A stretch of 38,011 nt of DNA from a virus (taxonomy: Duplodnaviria > Caudoviricetes): IMG/VR virus record IMGVR_UViG_3300020045_004774, positions 1-38,011 of that record. One strand, given 5' to 3'. The position numbers and the translations under genes were made by a program. The notes under the pieces were generated by a model. That model was not told the DNA's origin and did not search any database. It saw only the letters and a list, made by a program, of their open reading frames with translations. Below are positions 1 to 8,376 of this stretch, piece after piece; the stretch's first letter is position 1, and every line of letters starts with the position of its first letter.

Positions 1-121
1 AAATAATTTTCTTGAAATTCTGCTTCTCTCATCTCTGCAAGATATTGTTTGTGCCAATTTTCGTTAGAAGATTTAAAATAATTTTCTTGAAATTCTGCTT
101 CTCTCATCTCTGCAAGATATT
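1..121. repeat. Terminal direct repeat (identical to 37891..38011); circular assembly overlap
   Basis: The first 121 nt match the last 121 nt exactly, and an ORF reads through the junction. Confidence 0.95.
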
Positions 122-150
122 GTTTGTGCCAATTTTCGTTAGAAGATTTA
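1..150. repeat. Perfect 75-bp tandem duplication (1..75, 76..150)
   Basis: Two identical 75-nt units; 75 nt is 25 codons, so the frame is kept. Confidence 0.95.
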
Positions 151-314
151 TATTGTTTATAAATTTTAGCTTTTGGCATTTCATCAATTTCTACGATTTC
201 AATAGTAGAAGTTTGGAACATTTTAATTTTACCTTTCACATCTTCCGTAATAGTGAACGCACCTCTTTCGCCTGTTACTTTGTAAGTGTTTCCGTTTTCA
301 ATAATTGCTTTCAT
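1..314 (-). CDS. Hypothetical protein spanning the contig junction (314->1, then 37890->37863; 113 aa) with a 25-aa tandem repeat
   Basis: Manual translation MKAIIENGNTYKV...KSSNENWHKQYLAEMREAEFQENYF x2...EIKRSTKF*; TATCTTTG promoter at 337..344. Confidence 0.8.
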   Translation of the reverse strand, partial: MKAIIENGNTYKVTGERGAFTITEDVKGKIKMFQTSTIEIVEIDEMPKAKIYKQYKSSNENWHKQYLAEMREAEFQENYFKSSNENWHKQYLAEMREAEFQENY

Positions 315-336
315 AATCTTTATCGTTTTGTTTCAA

Positions 337-367
337 CAAAGATACACACTTATTTTATATCTGCAAG
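337..367 (-). promoter_or_regulatory. Bacteroidota-type sigma70 promoter
   Basis: -7 element TATCTTTG at 337..344 and TTG-containing -33 element about 20 nt upstream. Confidence 0.7.
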
Positions 368-388
368 CAATTATTAAAATATTTTCAA

Positions 389-592
389 TTATTTTTTATA
401 CTTAGTCGCATCTTTGAAAGCAATTCCACCTGTAAGTACTGCTAAAATGATAATTACAGTCTTAATGTAGATGTTTTGAATTTCAATTAAATTCAGGATT
501 AAAACGCAAATAGTTCCAATTGCAGTCATTATTTGCCCTCGAATTTTGTTTTTACGTGGCGTCTTAGCTTTTATTTTTTCTAGTAAATTCAT
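389..592 (-). CDS. Putative holin (2 TM)
   Basis: Basic N-terminus (KAKTPRKNK), two hydrophobic helices, basic C-terminus; start moved to ATG at 592. Confidence 0.55.
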   Translation of the reverse strand: MNLLEKIKAKTPRKNKIRGQIMTAIGTICVLILNLIEIQNIYIKTVIIILAVLTGGIAFKDATKYKK

Positions 593-618
593 AATGTTAA
601 TTTTTATCAAACATAATT

Positions 619-691
619 AAAAAACCCCATCTAAAAAAATAAATGGGGCTAAACAACCTAAACGATTTGACTAATGATCGTTGCTAAGATA
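619..691 (-). ncRNA. Candidate small RNA: promoter, hairpin, intrinsic terminator
   Basis: TATCTTAG at 684..691; stem AACGAT/ATCGTT at 661..682; terminator GCCCCAT/ATGGGGT followed by a T-run. Confidence 0.45.
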
Positions 692-701
692 GTAAAAAAT
701 T

Positions 702-989
702 CTAAACTTTAACGTGTCTTTCAGATAATTCATTGATTGAACGTTCATGAAATTCTACCATTACTTCAAGTTTTTTAAGTACTAAAGAAGTTTGTTGATT
801 CGATTCTGTTAGTTTGTCAATAAGGCTTTCACTCTTATCATGTCGTGCCTTTAATTCAGCTTGCGAAGTTTTCCAAATGTAAAGCAATAAAGCTATTACC
901 ACTCCGAATACTGCAGAAACGATTGAAATTGGAATCCAATTATCGTTACTAGCTTGTTCTATTATCTTTCTGATTTCGTCAGTTTCCAT
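702..989 (-). CDS. Single-TM coiled-coil protein (holin/antiholin-like)
   Basis: One TM helix then a coiled coil; lies after the tail genes. Confidence 0.5.
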   Translation of the reverse strand: METDEIRKIIEQASNDNWIPISIVSAVFGVVIALLLYIWKTSQAELKARHDKSESLIDKLTESNQQTSLVLKKLEVMVEFHERSINELSERHVKV

Positions 990-1336
990 TGTTCAAATGT
1001 TATTGAGAATGCAAGTCCTATGATAAAAACGATTAGCATTTTAGCGAATACAAAACTATCTGATTTAGAATTTAGTACAATTTTAGGAATAAAGAAGTTT
1101 ATTAATTCGAAAATCAAACCGAAGATAAACCATCCACCGATTAAAAACGAAATCCTCATTATATGCTTATTTATTATTGGCACTAAAAAAGGGATTGAAA
1201 TCGCTAAAAACGAAAGCAACAAATACAAGATTGAATAATAGATGTTATCAAAATAAACACCATCTTTAAAAAGCGGTGGCACAAGGTTTAACATACACAT
1301 TAACAAAACAAGTATAGTTGCAATCTTACTATTCAT
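962..1336 (-). CDS. Multi-pass membrane protein (about 4 TM)
   Basis: Four hydrophobic stretches. Confidence 0.6.
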   Translation of the reverse strand: MNSKIATILVLLMCMLNLVPPLFKDGVYFDNIYYSILYLLLSFLAISIPFLVPIINKHIMRISFLIGGWFIFGLIFELINFFIPKIVLNSKSDSFVFAKMLIVFIIGLAFSITFEQWKLTKSER

Positions 1337-1347
1337 TTAAAATTTAA

Positions 1348-1518
1348 TTATCCTCTCGGTGGTTTCGAGGGGCGCATTAATGGACCCCCATCGTTTGCGC
1401 TAAGGTAATCAATTTTTATTTCTTGACTAATGTTTTCATCAATTTCTAAATCGACTGTTGCGATAATTGTGTCACCATTTTCATCTTGTACCGTTATTTT
1501 TCCTTCAAATTTTGCCAT
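1348..1518 (-). CDS. Small hypothetical protein (56 aa)
   Basis: Manual translation MAKFEGKITVQDENGDT...PSKPPRG*; fills the gap between genes. Confidence 0.65.
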   Translation of the reverse strand: MAKFEGKITVQDENGDTIIATVDLEIDENISQEIKIDYLSANDGGPLMRPSKPPRG

Positions 1519-1523
1519 GATAT

Positions 1524-1739
1524 TTATTTTATTTGATTTTTAATTAATTCGTTTTCAAATGTGTTTATTTCATCATATACAACATCATCAATTGTACATG
1601 ATTTGTCTAACAGAATTATTCCTTTATCTGTAAATGCAAATAGCTGAAATTCGCTCACTATTTCCGTTTTTAAATCGTCATTAAATTTATACTCGATACC
1701 ATCGAATTTAAACCCATTTTTTGTAGTTGCTATATTCAT
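1524..1739 (-). CDS. Hypothetical protein (tail region)
   Basis: ORF coupled to the upstream gene by an ATGA overlap. Confidence 0.65.
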   Translation of the reverse strand: MNIATTKNGFKFDGIEYKFNDDLKTEIVSEFQLFAFTDKGIILLDKSCTIDDVVYDEINTFENELIKNQIK

Positions 1740-2572
1740 TCGTGAATAGTTGTGTGTACAAATTGAACCTTTCCTGTGTCGCCTGTATTTGATGGTTGTA
1801 AAGCGAATAGTATATAATTATCAACCGTTTCGTCAAATGCAATAACGGTGTTCGCTCCTGTATTTACATAATCTGTAGGTACCGTTGCACCTCCATTCAT
1901 TACTGTCATTTGGTTGGCAGAAACGTCTACAAATATATTCCTTGACATTCCTGAAATGTAATTTGAAAATGTCATTGGGTTGTAAGTTGCGATAAGCGTT
2001 GCACCCGACAAGCTATTCGTTGTGTTTTTGTACACTTGGCACGCAAAAGTTCCCGCTGTTCCGCTAATACGTATCGCTCGTGCCTCGATTTTAATTACTG
2101 AATCTGCAACAATTTCATGCGCTGGGATTAGCAATGATGCGCTAATTGTAATCGCTGTTGTACCTGTTACGTTTGAGCCTTTAACAATAGGTAAACCTTT
2201 AATTCCTGCTTCGATGGTCGGTACGTAAATAAATCCATCCGTTCCAATTGTTGCTATGTTACCAGCATCTGAAGAAACGGATAAATCCGTGCAACAAATA
2301 TGCCCCGTCCATTGTTCGAGGTATAAATCTAAAACAGATTCTGAAGCCCAAGCTGTTCCTGTTGAATCAACTAAATCTGAAAAATTGAATACACCCAAAC
2401 GAACAATTGAATTTCCAACTGTTGTTAAGTTTGGTGTGTTCCAAAAGAACGAATAAATACCGTCTAATTTCTCCCATCTAACAAGGTTTCGCACTTGTCG
2501 AATAACGTCCTTACTTGTCGCTGTATCTTGAACAACTAAGTAATTTTGCGATCTATAAACCTTATAAGACAT
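1736..2572 (-). CDS. Putative tail fibre/virion structural protein
   Basis: T/S/G-rich, beta-type composition; distal end of the tail module. Confidence 0.55.
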   Translation of the reverse strand: MSYKVYRSQNYLVVQDTATSKDVIRQVRNLVRWEKLDGIYSFFWNTPNLTTVGNSIVRLGVFNFSDLVDSTGTAWASESVLDLYLEQWTGHICCTDLSVSSDAGNIATIGTDGFIYVPTIEAGIKGLPIVKGSNVTGTTAITISASLLIPAHEIVADSVIKIEARAIRISGTAGTFACQVYKNTTNSLSGATLIATYNPMTFSNYISGMSRNIFVDVSANQMTVMNGGATVPTDYVNTGANTVIAFDETVDNYILFALQPSNTGDTGKVQFVHTTIHE

Positions 2573-3422
2573 TGTACAATGATTTTGTTAATTTTCTTCT
2601 ATCGCCAAAGTTAGCATTTATTACAATATTACGACCATTTCCCGGGTAATCAAAATTTGAAACTTGGTTTAATGAAACGGGGAAATCGAGGTATTGGTAA
2701 GAATGATTAAAGATGTTATGGTCTGAAATAAAACAATCATCTTCATTTAATAAGTGCCAAAGTATTAAATCAGTAAAACAATTCCCTAGAGGATTAGATT
2801 TTAATTCATACGATTTAACGAACTCCCTAGCTGTTTTAACTACTTTTCTGCCTTTGTCAACTAAGTTATTTACCTCGCTGTTTGGTTGCATAAGTCCAAA
2901 CATTCCATCGAATCGAATTGTATCAACAAAATTTGAACCTGTATAATCAAACTCTTCTTCAATTGAATAACTAGAAAAATGTGAACGAATACGAACGCTA
3001 CCATCTAATAGATTAGTATTATATGGCATCAAATGAAAGTTACCAATCACATAACCGCCTGGAACACCTGAAATAGTGAACTCAACTTCTATTGTGTACA
3101 TTCCTGCACCATAGTTAGTTAAATAGTCCTTCCAATTAAACATAAAACCAACAGCTAAAGGTTCATTTGGAAATATCGCATCAGTTCCGTAATTAGTCAA
3201 ATAACCTGCAGTTCCACATTTTTTAATTTTGAACGTAACGATATCGCTGTTGTTATATCTCTGAATTTTACGCCCTGTAATATCATTTTTCCATGTATCA
3301 TTTGAACTTTCATCTGCAATTACGTTATAATCACAACAACATTCGATTAACCCCCTATCTTCATTAATAAGGGGTTTTGGCAATTTAATAACCTGTAAAT
3401 CTTCTTTTTTTCTATAATCCAT
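2562..3422 (-). CDS. Putative tail/baseplate structural protein
   Basis: Position in the tail module; overlaps its neighbours. Confidence 0.55.
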   Translation of the reverse strand: MDYRKKEDLQVIKLPKPLINEDRGLIECCCDYNVIADESSNDTWKNDITGRKIQRYNNSDIVTFKIKKCGTAGYLTNYGTDAIFPNEPLAVGFMFNWKDYLTNYGAGMYTIEVEFTISGVPGGYVIGNFHLMPYNTNLLDGSVRIRSHFSSYSIEEEFDYTGSNFVDTIRFDGMFGLMQPNSEVNNLVDKGRKVVKTAREFVKSYELKSNPLGNCFTDLILWHLLNEDDCFISDHNIFNHSYQYLDFPVSLNQVSNFDYPGNGRNIVINANFGDRRKLTKSLYNVL

Positions 3423-6400
3423 AGTAATTGATAATATTTTGTTCGATTGCTGTTCTTTCTGCTGTTTTGTCTTTTCTCCAATATATTAACTCTTGGAAAT
3501 TGTCGCCTGAAATGTAACTACCAAATTTAAACAACGAAGTAAAATTAACCGCTGTAACGTAAGGGTCAGCTTCTGTTGCGTAGCTTGTTCCATTCAAATA
3601 TGAAATTGAATCAGTTCCATCATTTTGAATTGATAATAATGTATGCGCTAAAGTTGGTTCAATTCCGTAATTAATAGCCATGTCATTAATCTTACTTCCA
3701 ATAGTTCCGTCACTAAAAACAAAACTTGAAACGTAATCACCAATATCACCATCACCCAACGCAACAACACCATTCAAGAGTGACTTTTCAAAAACCCAAG
3801 TTTGATAAACTAATCCTGTATTCAGAATGTTATAACTTAAATTGTAGAACGCATTATTGTCAAGTTTCAACGCTGGCAACCCATTACTTTCGACTAACAC
3901 ACCGCTTTCAACGATTAAACCCTGTTTGGTTGTGTTGTTTTGGTATGCGTTACAACTTGCACCTGCTTGGTCGTATATCTTCGTTACATATCCATTTCCA
4001 GCACCAACGAATGTTAATAGCGTTGCCGTGTCTAAATCTCCGTTGACGTGTGAAATGTCCATTTCTTCATCGTCCGAACTTCTGCGAACACGAATCAACG
4101 CACCATCATATACCGAATCATTTGATACCTTGCGAGCGATTGAATAGGCAAGTTCAGCATCTTTTTTGTATGTTATAATGTAACCTACCATTTCACGAGG
4201 TGAAGCATATACTCGATAAGACAATGATACTTTTTGAGCGTTAACAACATTCGTATCAATTACACATTCAGATGTTAAAGTTGTTCCTAAATTGGTAAGT
4301 TTGATTTTCGTTTCACCTGCTAACGGTTTAAATGGATTTGCGCCTGTTTGCTCTAAATCCAAAACACTCGAAGCAACCCAACGATTTCCACTTTCAAAAT
4401 CTTCAATTGTAAATTCAACCCATTCATCGGTAAAAGCATTAACCCAATCAAAATCAACTTTTATTTCATGGATTTCATTTGCGATTAAGTTTGTTGGATT
4501 ATTACCAAGTGAATCAGTAAGTAATAAAGTGGCTGTAACTTGTGGGTCATCTTCGTACGATCTAATTTTAAACTCAAAATGATTGAAGTCCTCAACACCG
4601 TTTTTAATCACAAATGTATCAATTGATGCGTACCAATCTCCATTTAAGTAATGTTGCCAATCTCTATTTAATCCGTTGTTAGGCTCGGATAAATTAAAAA
4701 ACGCATCATTCGCATTTGCAAGATTTTTCCAATAACGCCAATCGTTCAAAAATCCGTATTGAATTTGTACGCCGTATTGCGTTAAATCGTCCAACGCTGG
4801 ATTAAGTTGAATTTTAATTGCGTTTCTATCAGTTGTTAATGGTAGGTTAAAGTTTCTAGGTTGCGTTTGATTTAATTGATAAACCCCACCAATATAAGGC
4901 ACTCCAACAAACGAAAACAAGCTATTTTCTAAGGTGAAATATTCATCCGTTACATCGTTTCGCATTGTAATCGAAAGACGAATACCATCTAAAACCTCGT
5001 TTCTATTTAACATAATATTAGAAATGTATAGAACATCGTCCTCAGTTGTTGTGTTTGGCGTAACAATTGGAGTTATATCCATTCCTGCGTGGTCGTACAA
5101 TGTTTCATCAACTATGTGCGGATATTGCACTCCAATAGTTGGCGCATCGTAATTGTCATCGTTGAAACAAAGTAAATTTACTTCATCGTTCAAAGTTCCA
5201 CTTGTTGCATGGTTTGAAATTTTAACCCAAATAATCATATTTCTTTCTCCATCTGAAATATCAGAAAAGAAAGTGTAAGCACTTGCGTTTGGTTGTACTG
5301 TTCCACTAACCGTTAATGTGCCACCTGAATGAGTGAATTGTAAGTTTGTTAAATCGAATTGAACACCGTTAATATTTGAATATCCATCGTAAACAGTTAA
5401 ATCAGGTGTAACAGAATGTAAGAAATCAACGTCGGGCGCATTTACTAGTAAATTATCAAATGCACTTGTAAATTTGTTTTTGAATAGATTATCGTCAACA
5501 GGTCTAAAAGCTAAACCAATGTTGTACTTTGATGTTCCGTTTAATTGATTAGGAGCATTGAAAACAGCTACGAAATTACTTTCTGCTGAATAGTCCATTT
5601 TATCAATGGTATTGCCTAGCGAATCAGTCCATTGAATAGATTGGAATGAATAGTTGTTAGGCTGTCCATTGTAGTTTTCGTCAAAGAATCCTGTATTTGA
5701 TTGTGTTGCCCCTCCAATATCTGAAAGTATTCCGTTCGGATTTCCTGTTAATGAATAGGATTTACAATTAACGTAAGGCACTAAACAATTTGAAGCTGAA
5801 TAGATTGTGTTATTTTCAAAAATTCCCCATTGCAAGAACTTAAACGTTATCTTCCAGTTTGAATATGAATTGAAAGCATCACTTGTATCGGCTAAACGTT
5901 CAATTTCGGGTATTGTCATCATTCCGCCCGACTTATTACCGAGTTGAACCATTGTTTCAGTATCTCCAACAGTTGTCATGGTATTAGTTTCATTGTACAT
6001 GAATCTATTCATTTCACCATCAATGATTGAATTAGGTGAGGAAATACCGTTTTTTGTTAGGTTGAAAATAAAGTCTATTTGTTGCGGTAATTTAACGGCA
6101 TCCACAAACATTCCAGATAAATTATTTCCGTTTGGAAATTCTTCTCCTGCATTGTAACCACTTGGTAAAGCAGTATCTAAATGCAATTGATTTCCATTAA
6201 TATACGTAATTGTTCTTGTATACGTTATAATTGAAGTACTTATTGCGTAATTATAGAATGAAATTGTAATTGTATCTCCTGCAACAAATCCGTATTGACC
6301 CCATTGAACATTCTGAAACGTCAAGATATTACCCAACGAATTTATGGTTGCACTTGTTCCGCTACCAACATGATACGAGTTTCTTAATGTTATTTCGCAA

Positions 6401-6474
6401 TCAACCCATTCACCTGCATTTGCGTAAAGTGCGGGTAAACCGTTGTATTTTTCACTAGTTATTTTCAACCCCAT
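3412..6474 (-). CDS. Large tail protein with C-terminal ConA/LamG-like (arabinofuranosidase-B-like) domain
   Basis: 1020 aa, N/T/D-rich; C-terminal AYS..RKV...YDGALIRVRRSSD...GNGYVTKIYDQAG motif. Confidence 0.65.
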   Translation of the reverse strand: MGLKITSEKYNGLPALYANAGEWVDCEITLRNSYHVGSGTSATINSLGNILTFQNVQWGQYGFVAGDTITISFYNYAISTSIITYTRTITYINGNQLHLDTALPSGYNAGEEFPNGNNLSGMFVDAVKLPQQIDFIFNLTKNGISSPNSIIDGEMNRFMYNETNTMTTVGDTETMVQLGNKSGGMMTIPEIERLADTSDAFNSYSNWKITFKFLQWGIFENNTIYSASNCLVPYVNCKSYSLTGNPNGILSDIGGATQSNTGFFDENYNGQPNNYSFQSIQWTDSLGNTIDKMDYSAESNFVAVFNAPNQLNGTSKYNIGLAFRPVDDNLFKNKFTSAFDNLLVNAPDVDFLHSVTPDLTVYDGYSNINGVQFDLTNLQFTHSGGTLTVSGTVQPNASAYTFFSDISDGERNMIIWVKISNHATSGTLNDEVNLLCFNDDNYDAPTIGVQYPHIVDETLYDHAGMDITPIVTPNTTTEDDVLYISNIMLNRNEVLDGIRLSITMRNDVTDEYFTLENSLFSFVGVPYIGGVYQLNQTQPRNFNLPLTTDRNAIKIQLNPALDDLTQYGVQIQYGFLNDWRYWKNLANANDAFFNLSEPNNGLNRDWQHYLNGDWYASIDTFVIKNGVEDFNHFEFKIRSYEDDPQVTATLLLTDSLGNNPTNLIANEIHEIKVDFDWVNAFTDEWVEFTIEDFESGNRWVASSVLDLEQTGANPFKPLAGETKIKLTNLGTTLTSECVIDTNVVNAQKVSLSYRVYASPREMVGYIITYKKDAELAYSIARKVSNDSVYDGALIRVRRSSDDEEMDISHVNGDLDTATLLTFVGAGNGYVTKIYDQAGASCNAYQNNTTKQGLIVESGVLVESNGLPALKLDNNAFYNLSYNILNTGLVYQTWVFEKSLLNGVVALGDGDIGDYVSSFVFSDGTIGSKINDMAINYGIEPTLAHTLLSIQNDGTDSISYLNGTSYATEADPYVTAVNFTSLFKFGSYISGDNFQELIYWRKDKTAERTAIEQNIINYYGL

Positions 6475-6658
6475 TTGTCATGTTATTTAGTTTCTTCAAT
6501 TGCTCCATTTTTTCCTCAAATGTATTCCCCAAAGTTAACGAGTTTTTAGCTTCGTTAATCTGTTTTTTTTGTTCATCATTCATCATTGCCATAACTTCGG
6601 GCGTTAATAATGAATCCATCGCATTTTGAGCCTTTGTAATTATTTCTTCAATTGTCAT
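6455..6658 (-). CDS. Small hypothetical protein
   Basis: Coupled ORF in the tail operon. Confidence 0.6.
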   Translation of the reverse strand: MTIEEIITKAQNAMDSLLTPEVMAMMNDEQKKQINEAKNSLTLGNTFEEKMEQLKKLNNMTNGVENN

Positions 6659-8376
6659 AATGTTATCGTTTTTGTATTAAATGCTAAGTTGGATTTTTGC
6701 GCTAATTCAACTTTTGCTTGGTGCGCTCCATTTATCCACTCAAAGTTAAGAATTTCTAGTTCATTTCCATCTTCATCAAACATCACATTGTTTTCGTCTA
6801 ACGCTTCTAATTGAATCGGTGCAAATGGAATAGTGCTTTCTTCGATTGACTTGAAATTGTCTTTTACCTCGTTTATGTAATGAAATTTATTATACAAAGC
6901 ATCCACTCCAATATAATCAGTAAAGTTTTGCGGTTGTTTTCCTCCGATTGTATAAAGTAGTTTTGTATTACTAAAATGTTGTTGACTAATTTGTAAAACT
7001 CCAATACGCCCTGTAATTTTATCGCTTAAAGAACTATTTGCACCGAAAAAATCCGCTACACTATCCGCAAGCTCAGCAAATTCTAATAGTCTTTTTTCAA
7101 CGAAATTTAGATCATTCTTTCTGTAACCAAGCGAAAGATTTACATTGATATCTGCTAAGCCTTTAATTGAAACAATGTCGTTGTTTATAGTTGTGATTGG
7201 TTCAGTAGATTTTTCTACAATTTGACCGCTTATTTTGTCCATTGTATGTGAATCAGAAATGTCGTAATTATAGTGCAATAGATAACGTTTCCATGTTTCA
7301 CCAAAATTATACGTTCTTTGATTCTCACGTTTTGACTGAATGTTTAACGTGTTCTTGAAAGTCTTATTCGAAATTGTCCAATTATAATCTCGTCTTTCAA
7401 GCCTAACCGTATTACCATTGATAAAGATTTTGCCATTTATTGCTTTTCGTATTTCTTCAAGTAAACCGCCAACAGTTGAAACGGAATAATCCATTGCGGT
7501 TGGGTATGGTTTATTAAATTGACTAACCAAGTCGCCAATGTAATAATCGAATATTGATTTATTCAACTTCTGCAATGGAACAGGCAAGATTGTCATTCCT
7601 TGCAAACTATCTAAGGCTGTTGATTCAAATTGTTTACCCAAAAATGCGCTACCTTGCGCTAACAAGTCTTTTACTTTCATGGCGTTGAAATAACGAACTT
7701 TTGGCACAAATAATTCAATTAATTTTAACACGTTTGATGTTAATGCTAAAGCAACTGCAGTTGTGTAAATTGCTTGTGCTGCTATTTTTAAAACGAGTGC
7801 TATAATAGCGCCTGTTGGCATTGAAGGCGGCACTCCTGCATTTGGAGTTGATGCTTGAACAGTTGGAGCAGAAATAACAACTACTAAATCCCTAATCGCA
7901 CTAATTAACTCACGTGTCATTGTGTAGGTTGAAATCGAAAGCATCAGTAACAATTCAACTTGGTTATCTTTCACAATAATATAAGGCACTTTAAAGCCTC
8001 CTGTTATTCCTGTTTGTGAATTAATAGACTCCCAAGTTGTGTTATTTGCACGTTCGATAAACCAAGAAAATGAGTTACGTAAACGAATTTGACATTCCAT
8101 TTCCGAATCTGAGAACTTAGAAGCGTTGGTTAAATCAATGAAGCATTCAAATTGAAACGTTCCAATTTCAACAGTATAAGGCACGCCCTCGAATATTCCT
8201 ACCGAGTTATTGACGTGTTCCATTATCATTTTATACGCATCATTTGTAAGAATTAACGAATCGTAGTTAAGTTCGGATTGCTCTGCATTTCCTGTAAAAT
8301 CCCATTTAATACCCATGTTTTCCGCATTAACAGGGCGAATTTCAACCCCATTAATGTAATGTTTCATAAACTCCAT
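6655..8376 (-). CDS. Tail tip/hub-like structural protein
   Basis: 573 aa, directly downstream of the tape measure gene. Confidence 0.55.
   Translation of the reverse strand: MEFMKHYINGVEIRPVNAENMGIKWDFTGNAEQSELNYDSLILTNDAYKMIMEHVNNSVGIFEGVPYTVEIGTFQFECFIDLTNASKFSDSEMECQIRLRNSFSWFIERANNTTWESINSQTGITGGFKVPYIIVKDNQVELLLMLSISTYTMTRELISAIRDLVVVISAPTVQASTPNAGVPPSMPTGAIIALVLKIAAQAIYTTAVALALTSNVLKLIELFVPKVRYFNAMKVKDLLAQGSAFLGKQFESTALDSLQGMTILPVPLQKLNKSIFDYYIGDLVSQFNKPYPTAMDYSVSTVGGLLEEIRKAINGKIFINGNTVRLERRDYNWTISNKTFKNTLNIQSKRENQRTYNFGETWKRYLLHYNYDISDSHTMDKISGQIVEKSTEPITTINNDIVSIKGLADINVNLSLGYRKNDLNFVEKRLLEFAELADSVADFFGANSSLSDKITGRIGVLQISQQHFSNTKLLYTIGGKQPQNFTDYIGVDALYNKFHYINEVKDNFKSIEESTIPFAPIQLEALDENNVMFDEDGNELEILNFEWINGAHQAKVELAQKSNLAFNTKTITL

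Noticed and set aside
1-150. 75-bp repeats as a possible CRISPR array or true phage terminal repeat
   Set aside because: Units are contiguous with no spacers and lie in frame within a gene; the 121-bp end identity is best explained as assembly overlap
12-377. Plus-strand 121-aa ORF with a repeated segment
   Set aside because: F-rich antisense shadow of the minus-strand junction-spanning gene, which has a promoter and normal composition
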